Virus record (IMG/VR): IMGVR_UViG_3300027188_000006 | Location: 1-33,952 of that record | DNA from: a virus | Lineage: Duplodnaviria > Caudoviricetes | Strand: one strand, 5' to 3' | Length of the DNA: 33,952 bases | Shown here: piece by piece, positions 1-7,647 of the stretch | Layout of the letters: each line of letters opens with the position of its first letter | Position numbering within the stretch: the first letter of the stretch is position 1 | The notes under the pieces: model-generated | Told to the model about the DNA's origin: nothing | The model's input: the letters and a program-made list of their open reading frames with translations, nothing else | Databases searched by the model: none | Translations under genes and position numbers: made by a program

Positions 1-139
1 TTTCTTCTACTAAGATAGTATCAATTAGTTGAAGGTTGTTGGGATTTCCTGTTTGCAATGTCTTCAATCTTTTTTCTGGATTATTACTGAAACCAAACTT
101 ACATAAATCTTTGCCATCTGATATGCAATATATATACAT
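1..139 (-). CDS. GIY-YIG / T5orf172 (MUG113)-like nuclease domain protein, 5' part only (runs off window start)
   Basis: Not in ORF track. Manual translation from ATG at 139 (TAATG overlap with upstream stop): MYIYCISDGKDLCKFGFSNNPEKRLKTLQTGNPNNLQLIDTILVEE; matches the YxY..KxGxSxxPxxRLxxLQTGNP pattern of T5orf172/GIY-YIG proteins. Confidence 0.75.
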   Translation of the reverse strand, partial: MYIYCISDGKDLCKFGFSNNPEKRLKTLQTGNPNNLQLIDTILVEE

Positions 140-870
140 TATCCATTGCCTTCACGTGTTCGTTTAATGTCATCGAATATGATGTTAGCCCAATCTTTAT
201 GTGCTACCTCATTAGGATGTAGAAATTTTTCATCGCCCTCTGTATTATAATATAATTCTTTATCATACATGTAAGTAAAGAATGTTTGTTCTTCATACAG
301 ATGCCGCATATCAATTTGTTTCATAACATTCTCCATCTCATATGTAGTACATATTTCCGAAAATCGAGTAGGATCAATAAGATTAGGTGTTAGGTTTAAA
401 GAGTTAAATAATACATATTCTAGTTCTGCATTTTTTAAAAAGTTCTGCAGTGTAATAACATTAATAAGATATTGGTGAAAGTCATATACAGGGGACCAGA
501 AATGTTTCATGTATAATGCATTTAGTTTCTTTAGATCATCATTTGTACTAGCATCTAGTCTTATATTACCATGATATTCAATTGCAGGTATATTGTGTAT
601 CAATAAGTTTTTATCTTCAATAAAATGTTCTTTTCTATTTGGTGTTGTTAATCCAATTGCAACAAATGGACGTTCACCATTAGCAAGCATATCACTTATT
701 GTTTTAATTGCTGTACGAACAATATAGAAATTAGAAACGCCTCTATCTGCCTCGGTTTGTGTTTGTTTTCTATCAAATCCTAATAGTTCCGCTAATTCAT
801 ACGGCCAAGCATTTTCTTTATTTGCTAGTCCAGTGCCGTATGTAAAACTACATCCATTTGCATATAACAT
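139..870 (-). CDS. SGNH/GDSL hydrolase-like protein (DUF6071-like)
   Basis: 243 aa; N-terminal LYANGCSFTYG (block I Ser), GVSN block, C-terminal LHPNEVAHKDWA (catalytic His block); GAAGGA RBS upstream. Confidence 0.7.
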   Translation of the reverse strand: MLYANGCSFTYGTGLANKENAWPYELAELLGFDRKQTQTEADRGVSNFYIVRTAIKTISDMLANGERPFVAIGLTTPNRKEHFIEDKNLLIHNIPAIEYHGNIRLDASTNDDLKKLNALYMKHFWSPVYDFHQYLINVITLQNFLKNAELEYVLFNSLNLTPNLIDPTRFSEICTTYEMENVMKQIDMRHLYEEQTFFTYMYDKELYYNTEGDEKFLHPNEVAHKDWANIIFDDIKRTREGNG

Positions 871-903
871 ATTTTATATATCCTTCTTTATTATATTCGT
901 AGT

Positions 904-911
904 TATTTATC
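904..911 (-). promoter_or_regulatory. Putative phage late promoter motif GATAAATA
   Basis: GATAAATA on minus strand about 35 bp upstream of ATG 870; the same motif recurs at 17327-17334 and 31385-31392; resembles T4 late promoter TATAAATA. Confidence 0.55.
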
Positions 912-923
912 TTGAGAAAAGGG

Positions 924-952
924 TTGACATTATAGACGAATCACTTTATAAA
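924..952 (+). promoter_or_regulatory. Sigma70-type promoter
   Basis: TTGACA (924-929), 17 bp spacer, TATAAA (947-952), upstream of plus-strand ORF at 981. Confidence 0.7.
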
Positions 953-980
953 GATGGTATAAGTTAGATAGGAAATAGTC

Positions 981-1178
981 ATGCATAAGAAAAACAGTTA
1001 TTTCTTCGAAACAAAAGAAGAGGCTCTTTCGTATATCGAAGGTTTCAATACAAAAGAAACTGGGCGGCCAGACCGTGACACTCACATTCGTGGCCCATTC
1101 GTACACGATAGCGGGCATGATGTTGGCGATCCCAATCGTCAAGTTGGGTTTGTAGTACACGTAGAAAAATATAGTTAA
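981..1178 (+). CDS. Hypothetical protein (65 aa)
   Basis: AGGA RBS upstream, follows sigma70 promoter, first of three co-oriented genes. Confidence 0.65.
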   Translation: MHKKNSYFFETKEEALSYIEGFNTKETGRPDRDTHIRGPFVHDSGHDVGDPNRQVGFVVHVEKYS

Positions 1179-1188
1179 GGAGAATATT

Positions 1189-1341
1189 ATGTGGTCAGTA
1201 ACAGCAAAAAACTTTGGTGAAAATGCAGATAGTTTCCATGTCAGTGGCTTAACATATGATAATGCACGTGCATTACACTCTAGTCTTAGTAATAGTGGCG
1301 AATGGGCTCAAGTTCGTAGTTATGAAGTAGTTACCAAGTAG
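1189..1341 (+). CDS. Small hypothetical protein (50 aa)
   Basis: Not in ORF track. AAGGAG RBS then ATG 1189: MWSVTAKNFGENADSFHVSGLTYDNARALHSSLSNSGEWAQVRSYEVVTK, TAG at 1339-1341; fills the gap between neighbours. Confidence 0.7.
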   Translation: MWSVTAKNFGENADSFHVSGLTYDNARALHSSLSNSGEWAQVRSYEVVTK

Positions 1342-1388
1342 AAAAACTAGTCTGAATTCGAACCAAAAACATAACGAGATGAACTGAT

Positions 1389-2153
1389 ATGAACATTATG
1401 AATGCACACGACTTCGTAGATACCACACGTAATATCGATTTCGTAAATGAAAAACTTTACGGAAAACAGTCTATATCAAAAGTTCAGTTAGTTGCTCTTG
1501 CTATCATGGCACAAAAGATTAACGGCGAATACGTTAAACGTGGCGGCAAGTCTGACTTTGTTGATATCTATGATCCTGAACTTGATGAAACGATTCAACG
1601 CTTTGCAAAAGTTAAAGAAGCGAACCGCAATGTCATGGAAATTTTGGCAGAGAACAATTCTCTTATCACTATGGATGTCATGATAGAAGCACACGACATG
1701 ATTAAAGGTCTCGAAATGGATTTTATGTTCAAAGTTCTCGGTGATAATATGAACGATTTTGAAACCAGTATACATGAATTTCTAGCAGAGAATGATGATA
1801 ATCTCAATGTTCGCTATCACATTGGTGTTGTTGCTTACATTCCAGAATATGTAAAACGTGATACTAATAAAAAGGAATTAGAAGAACGTTCAGTTGGTTC
1901 TGAATACATTGGTAGCAAGGGTGATAAGATTGCTGCTGATATTGAAATTATATCTAAACGTCAGGCAACTGCGTGGGCTGGATGGAATATAAATGCCATT
2001 ACATCTGATGGTAACCGGGTTTCATTCTTCACTACGAAAGATGAATTATCTAATATAAAAGGCATTTTTACAATTTCTGCAAAAGTAAAAGATTGTGGAA
2101 CAGTGTGGGGCAATTCGGATATTAAAGAAACCCGACTACATTATGTTAAGTAG
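1389..2153 (+). CDS. Hypothetical phage protein, possible C-terminal OB-fold
   Basis: 254 aa ORF; C-terminal beta-rich segment SEYIGSKGDKIAADIEII...FTISAKVKD...ETRLHYVK resembles an OB-fold (inference). Confidence 0.7.
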   Translation: MNIMNAHDFVDTTRNIDFVNEKLYGKQSISKVQLVALAIMAQKINGEYVKRGGKSDFVDIYDPELDETIQRFAKVKEANRNVMEILAENNSLITMDVMIEAHDMIKGLEMDFMFKVLGDNMNDFETSIHEFLAENDDNLNVRYHIGVVAYIPEYVKRDTNKKELEERSVGSEYIGSKGDKIAADIEIISKRQATAWAGWNINAITSDGNRVSFFTTKDELSNIKGIFTISAKVKDCGTVWGNSDIKETRLHYVK

Positions 2154-2167
2154 TTATCTGTAAGAAC

Positions 2168-3142
2168 TCATAACTCAATACAGTTAGAAAAGTGATGTGC
2201 TATCTTTCGATGATATACAGGACTAGGGTGGAGTGCCCAATTATTAAAGTCATAATATATATTTTCATTGCCTGGTAAAAATATATCATTGATTGATATA
2301 TCAGAATTTAAATTCAGAGGAGCAATATCTCTACCAACCCCATATTTATAAAAAGGTTCACCGTTTTCAATGAATGATGGCTTTTCTATATGATAGTTAA
2401 TATTATAATTCCTGCATATATCTTTTATACTATTATGATAAAAATCATACTTGTCAGATTCTTCTAGTAGGTACGTTTGAATTTCTTTAAAAGAATATCC
2501 ATGTTCACTTATTTTAAATTTCAGTGTTCCCAAATCATTATTACGTTTCTTTATACTATCCAATATAGTAATCGACAATGGTCTATAAAAAGTATTTCCA
2601 TCATACGCTCTTTTATGTTCTGCTCTCCCCTCAGAGAATCCAAGATTTATAATATCACTAGGAGGGTAATCAACATGTTTTATCCAATTTAATAAAATTC
2701 TATAAGCAGTGTTTATACCAGTAGCACTAAGTCCATAATTAATTACTTTTCGTTCCGTATATTTCTGTAATTGATTTGTCCATCTTCTATTTTCGGGTAC
2801 CCCTATACCTTCAGTAAAACTACAACCAAAGCACCATATTTCATTTTGTGTATTATTTTTTGTATAATCGAAACTACTTCGGAAGTCATAATTATTGTAA
2901 CTATATTTCCATTTACAAAATTCGTCTACCGTGTAGTTGTCAACACCAATTGTAAAAATTTCTTTCAATTTATCTTTATGTGATTGTTCATGTTTTAGAA
3001 CTGATTCGATAGTTCTCTCTTCGTCATTTCTATTATTACAGAATTTACCGTGTGATGTCTTTTGTTCTATTAATATATCTTTGCTTGTAATTTCCCTACC
3101 AAAATCTGGGTACATACCACGTGCATATAGTTCAAATTTCAT
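2168..3142 (-). CDS. SGNH hydrolase-like protein (putative esterase/acyltransferase)
   Basis: 324 aa; IWCFGCSFTEGIGV, VINYGLSATG, C-terminal LHPSPVYHRKIA; same family pattern as 139-870. Confidence 0.7.
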   Translation of the reverse strand: MKFELYARGMYPDFGREITSKDILIEQKTSHGKFCNNRNDEERTIESVLKHEQSHKDKLKEIFTIGVDNYTVDEFCKWKYSYNNYDFRSSFDYTKNNTQNEIWCFGCSFTEGIGVPENRRWTNQLQKYTERKVINYGLSATGINTAYRILLNWIKHVDYPPSDIINLGFSEGRAEHKRAYDGNTFYRPLSITILDSIKKRNNDLGTLKFKISEHGYSFKEIQTYLLEESDKYDFYHNSIKDICRNYNINYHIEKPSFIENGEPFYKYGVGRDIAPLNLNSDISINDIFLPGNENIYYDFNNWALHPSPVYHRKIAHHFSNCIEL

Positions 3143-3179
3143 TTGTTGTGCCTTTATAAATTCTGTGCTAAAGAGATTA

Positions 3180-3980
3180 TTAACATATATCTCTTAGCAA
3201 ATTTTGATTGTTTTTATCGATAGGTAAATTTGTTTCTTTCAATAATTTCGCAATCTGAATGTTTTTACTTTTTAGCATTTCATCGAACATCTCATAATCA
3301 CTTAGTTTTGTAACTTTTTTGGTACTCCCAAGATTAATATTATTTTGGCTATTTATACCATATGATGTGTGTAAATTGTCAAAATCAAATCCAAAAATTT
3401 CCAAGTCTTTTATTGTAAATATTAAGTCTTCGTACCAAATAATAGTTACTCCATATTTTTTTGTTAAATTGTACCAGAGCGTAATCAGATGACATATATC
3501 ATATATATCATATACGTCTACATTATGGTAATTAAATTCTTTTACATCTACTTCTTCTAAAGAATTCCATATTCCAGTTTGTTTACTTTTTAAAAATGAA
3601 ATTACTGTATGTTTCCAATTTTTTCTACCAATAGAAAAAAAATTAGTAGTGTCACATATAGTTTGATAGTTAATTTTAAGTTTATTATCATTTATCATTA
3701 TTTTCCAAACAGTATATATATCCTTTTCATTATAATCAAATAAAGTCTTTACTACAGTGTTAGTAGTAGTTACATCTAAATAATTTTTTACTTCTCCTGG
3801 GTGCCAATCTAAATCTGGAATTATATCGTGGGTATGCAAAAAGTTACCGCCAAAATAAGGTCCGTTACGGCGTAATCTAGGATAAAATCTCATAATAAAA
3901 TAACGCTCTAACAAATTAAGCAAATAAGTTGACCCAGACCTTGGATGTGATAGTAGAACAAATTGTTTATAATTCTTCAT
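3180..3980 (-). CDS. PAPS-dependent sulfotransferase-family protein (Stf0-like)
   Basis: 266 aa; N-terminal LLSHPRSGSTYL 5'-phosphosulfate-binding loop, R..x..S motif (GRKNWKHTVIS), IWYEDL motif. Confidence 0.7.
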   Translation of the reverse strand: MKNYKQFVLLSHPRSGSTYLLNLLERYFIMRFYPRLRRNGPYFGGNFLHTHDIIPDLDWHPGEVKNYLDVTTTNTVVKTLFDYNEKDIYTVWKIMINDNKLKINYQTICDTTNFFSIGRKNWKHTVISFLKSKQTGIWNSLEEVDVKEFNYHNVDVYDIYDICHLITLWYNLTKKYGVTIIWYEDLIFTIKDLEIFGFDFDNLHTSYGINSQNNINLGSTKKVTKLSDYEMFDEMLKSKNIQIAKLLKETNLPIDKNNQNLLRDIC

Positions 3981-4621
3981 TTGTAATGCCTATATAAAGT
4001 CTGTGCTAATTCAAATTCCTCACGTACATCAATATCAATTGCTTCAAATTGGTTCATAGTAAAATATTCAAACTCTAGTGGTATCATATACTTAGCTTCA
4101 CGCAAGTCTTGCATTTTACAAACAGTCCCTGCATAAGGGAACATATATACTGGGTCAATGCCCTGGCTATACGGATGCCACAAACCAAAGTTAAAGTTAA
4201 TAGGACGCTTATTCACATCCAAATAATAATGTGTACTTGCGTGTACTGCTATTTGATTTTTACCACTCAGTGTATATGTATCATATAATTCTTTGTAACG
4301 ATTAAATAACGGACAACATACGAAAGTATAAACAACATCCTGGTTATCATCAACCGGAACATCGTTATATATTTGCTCTAGTACATATGTAAATCGTGTA
4401 ACGTTATTACAATACTCTGCATCTCGATTTACATATGTTACATTTTCAGTATTTGAAACTTCAGTATCATCTGTACTAATATAAACATGCTCTGCACCTG
4501 CTGCAAATAACTGTTCTAGTTTAATATCTACCAGTGTTTTCCCATCATCAAAAACATTGTGATGCTTGCCCGGCAGGCGCTCACTTGTCTTTTTGTAATT
4601 TGTTACTCCTACAAATCCCAT
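3977..4621 (-). CDS. Acylneuraminate/KDO-type cytidylyltransferase (NeuA/KdsB family)
   Basis: 214 aa; KKTSERLPGK CTP-binding motif, VYISTDD, CCPL, AIDIDVREEFELAQ at C-terminus. Confidence 0.8.
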   Translation of the reverse strand: MGFVGVTNYKKTSERLPGKHHNVFDDGKTLVDIKLEQLFAAGAEHVYISTDDTEVSNTENVTYVNRDAEYCNNVTRFTYVLEQIYNDVPVDDNQDVVYTFVCCPLFNRYKELYDTYTLSGKNQIAVHASTHYYLDVNKRPINFNFGLWHPYSQGIDPVYMFPYAGTVCKMQDLREAKYMIPLEFEYFTMNQFEAIDIDVREEFELAQTLYRHYK

Positions 4622-4622
4622 T

Positions 4623-5510
4623 TTAATACCTTTCTATAAAACATTCTGTGTTACCGTATTCTAATAATTTACGAACTAATACTGGGTCATCTGTTATTTT
4701 AAATTCTGTTTCTTTTTCCATACCGTAAAAAGTGGCGCGCACAGTATCACATTCATCAGGTAATATGATATTGCAATTTTCTGCAAATCGTACTAAGTCA
4801 AAATCAGGATCTCTTACATATCCTCTCTGATCAGGTTGACTCCAACCATCGTGGTAACTGTAAAGATGCAAGTGAGATATCAAACCTTCGATTTTTTCAA
4901 TAAAACCTAGCAATTTGCCATCATAACTAGTTTCAAGTTGTTCTAATGTAGTTATATGCGTATTAACTTTATTTACATTGATTGGTATAGTAATGCGATT
5001 GCTATCTTTGGGTATCATTGCTATGACTCGTAACGGCTTATCTATTATCTGGTGTGCTTGTGCTAACGTACTTCCTGGATGAATAGTGTTATGCGCAATA
5101 TTACTCAAAACTGGCGGCGACTTGACTTCTGTGTTAACTAATTCAGATGCCAATAATACAAGTCTCAAAAAACGACTGAATAAATTATTAAAATCTTTCT
5201 GGTCGAGTGTATCAATTAACTCAATATCTTTAAGAAAACTTAATCCAGTTAACACTCCATTGCTACTAGGTATACTCTGATACTTTTCTTGGAGATTACC
5301 TAAATTCCACAAGTAACTCATATTGTATTCTCTTGCATCAATAAAACAATCTAGTAAGGTAAATTCATCTAATACCTGTAACCAATCTGTATACGTTGGC
5401 TGTGATACTGTTCTCCAACTATGTGAAGGATGCGATAGCAATGCATAGTCTACATTACTATCTCTTCTTTTCAGAAAAATTTCATCGAATAATTTATTTT
5501 CATCATTCAT
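4623..5510 (-). CDS. Hypothetical protein
   Basis: Long ORF (track start 5531; ATG at 5510, MNDENK, gives only an 8-bp overlap with the upstream gene); no confident family. Confidence 0.65.
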   Translation of the reverse strand: MNDENKLFDEIFLKRRDSNVDYALLSHPSHSWRTVSQPTYTDWLQVLDEFTLLDCFIDAREYNMSYLWNLGNLQEKYQSIPSSNGVLTGLSFLKDIELIDTLDQKDFNNLFSRFLRLVLLASELVNTEVKSPPVLSNIAHNTIHPGSTLAQAHQIIDKPLRVIAMIPKDSNRITIPINVNKVNTHITTLEQLETSYDGKLLGFIEKIEGLISHLHLYSYHDGWSQPDQRGYVRDPDFDLVRFAENCNIILPDECDTVRATFYGMEKETEFKITDDPVLVRKLLEYGNTECFIERY

Positions 5511-7647
5511 TGTGTTTAATAATTCCATCAAATTCTGATAAATTACCAGATGCTTCGAATAATTGTTTTTTAAATGACATGTCTTCTCTTACTATTTCAT
5601 GATCTTTTACCGTTGCATCTTCATTCTGTGCAATATGTTCAAACTCATACCAGCATTTAAATTCATAATCTCCGTTATCATTGACATTCCATTCTGCTTC
5701 ACCTGATAACATTGTGGCAAGGTTCATACCAAATTCTTCCATATCCATTTTTGGGTCCCATATCATTTTAAAACTATGCCCACCGAACGCTTGATACATA
5801 ATCCACATATGTGGTAGGTTTTCATTTGCTAAACTGGCAGCAAATTGACCACGTGTATCAGCATGATTAAATTTGTTAAAATCTTGTTTATCTTGCTGCG
5901 GAATATAATCTACATATTTTCCAGGATTATTCCATTTAAAATCTACAAACTTATTAAACCCTGGGCGGCTCTGTGCATTGATTACTGAGCCTTCTGCTTC
6001 GTTAACACACATTGATAGCCATTGATTTGCATATTTTAATCTAATTGAACGGTGTAGCACTGTATTTTCATATCCAATGGTATACCAATTACTCATGAAT
6101 TTATTATCCCAGGGCTTTTCATTCCATGCTATATTATAGTCTTTCCAATTCTTGTTCATATCACTAAGTGGTGCATCACCGCATGTCATTCCTGGACTAA
6201 TAACAGTTACCCAATTTCTAGTATTATATAATACGTGTAGGCTATGACACCAATCTGCGGTAGTTTCAGTAGGGAAACCTATTACCCAGTTTACATGATT
6301 TTCGATGTTTGCAATTCGGGCGTCACGTAGATTATTTTCTATTTCCCAGACTTTAATTTTCTTCTTCATTTCGTCTAATACTTTTTCGCTTCCACTTTCA
6401 ACGCCAAAACTTAATAGACTACAGCCACTTGCCTTGATTTTATGGAAGAAATCCAAATCCATTCTACCGTCGCATCTTGCATAACTATTCCATCGTATAT
6501 CCATTTTCCTTTCAATGATTTGGTCAACTAAATCTCTAAAACTTTTCAAGTTACCGTTAACTAGACTATCAACAAACCAAAATCTATTCGTTCCATATGT
6601 ATCAATTTGATGTTGCATTTCATCAATGACATTGTGACTGTCACGTGAACGAAATTTCCAAAAATGTGTCTCACTGCAGAAACTACATAGTGCAATACAA
6701 CCTCTGCTTGTTTCTATGCTTACTCCACCTTGAGTGGTATATTCATTGAGATCATAATCACTATAATCAGGAAACGGTAATTGATTAAGGTCTAATCTAC
6801 TTTTTACACCTCCGAATGTGTGAGGACCTTCTGCATTAGGATATTCTAGATGATTATCCAAGAACCCAAGTAGCATTTCTTCGCCCTCACCGATTATACG
6901 TACATCATAGGATGTCATAATATCTGCTAGATGTGCTAAATGATTGTTATACGGATCAGGTCTTTTATCATCTAGCCAATCTTGGAACGATTCGGGGCCA
7001 CCTATTATAATACATATCTCAGGTGCTAATCTTTTTAATTCTTTCATCATATATGAAGTAGGCAACAGATTAGTTGCATACACACTAAACCCAACAAATT
7101 GAGAACCATCTGCAATTATCTGCTGTATAGTTTCATCAAGTAAAGGTTTAAGTGCATCTCTAATGTGAGTATTATAATTAGGTATTTGCCAGTGATCCCA
7201 GTAGATTGCATCCCATGGATCATAATTTAAAGTTTCTTTAAGATGGTGATATGCTTTTATATTTGTGTCATACACATCAACCTCATATCCGTTCTGTCTG
7301 AGTAAGGCGGATAATCTAGCAGCATTATATGGAGGGAAAACAACTCCCCACGCAGGGCATACAACAAATGATATTTTACTATCTGCTCTAGGCTTGTTCA
7401 GAGAACTCCAATACTGATATTTAATATCAGAGTCATATCGTTGTCGCCATGGTGTGTATTTCTTTGCAACATCTGGATTATCTAATTTACCAAGATGGCT
7501 ATTCGCATGCCGCATTTCTTCTTCGTGCTGGATAACACTTAAAACAATTTGATCCCTATCTTCGCTTTCAAAATTAAATTTTGGGCGTTTTTGGTTTTTT
7601 GTTGGAGTGGTCTGCGAGTTTTGTTCTTTGTTTTCTTTGTTCGGCAT
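5503..7647 (-). CDS. Cobalamin (B12)-binding radical SAM enzyme (class B methyltransferase-like)
   Basis: 714 aa; B12-binding region (PPYNAARLSALLRQNG, FVGFSVY, IIIGGP, IGEGE) followed by ETSRGCIALCSFC (CxxxCxxC), FGVESGSEKVLDEMKK, IGFPTET. Confidence 0.9.
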   Translation of the reverse strand: MPNKENKEQNSQTTPTKNQKRPKFNFESEDRDQIVLSVIQHEEEMRHANSHLGKLDNPDVAKKYTPWRQRYDSDIKYQYWSSLNKPRADSKISFVVCPAWGVVFPPYNAARLSALLRQNGYEVDVYDTNIKAYHHLKETLNYDPWDAIYWDHWQIPNYNTHIRDALKPLLDETIQQIIADGSQFVGFSVYATNLLPTSYMMKELKRLAPEICIIIGGPESFQDWLDDKRPDPYNNHLAHLADIMTSYDVRIIGEGEEMLLGFLDNHLEYPNAEGPHTFGGVKSRLDLNQLPFPDYSDYDLNEYTTQGGVSIETSRGCIALCSFCSETHFWKFRSRDSHNVIDEMQHQIDTYGTNRFWFVDSLVNGNLKSFRDLVDQIIERKMDIRWNSYARCDGRMDLDFFHKIKASGCSLLSFGVESGSEKVLDEMKKKIKVWEIENNLRDARIANIENHVNWVIGFPTETTADWCHSLHVLYNTRNWVTVISPGMTCGDAPLSDMNKNWKDYNIAWNEKPWDNKFMSNWYTIGYENTVLHRSIRLKYANQWLSMCVNEAEGSVINAQSRPGFNKFVDFKWNNPGKYVDYIPQQDKQDFNKFNHADTRGQFAASLANENLPHMWIMYQAFGGHSFKMIWDPKMDMEEFGMNLATMLSGEAEWNVNDNGDYEFKCWYEFEHIAQNEDATVKDHEIVREDMSFKKQLFEASGNLSEFDGIIKHNE

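Noticed and set aside
2150-2170. Terminator between convergent genes
   Set aside because: Only a weak AT-rich 4-bp inverted match and no U-tract.
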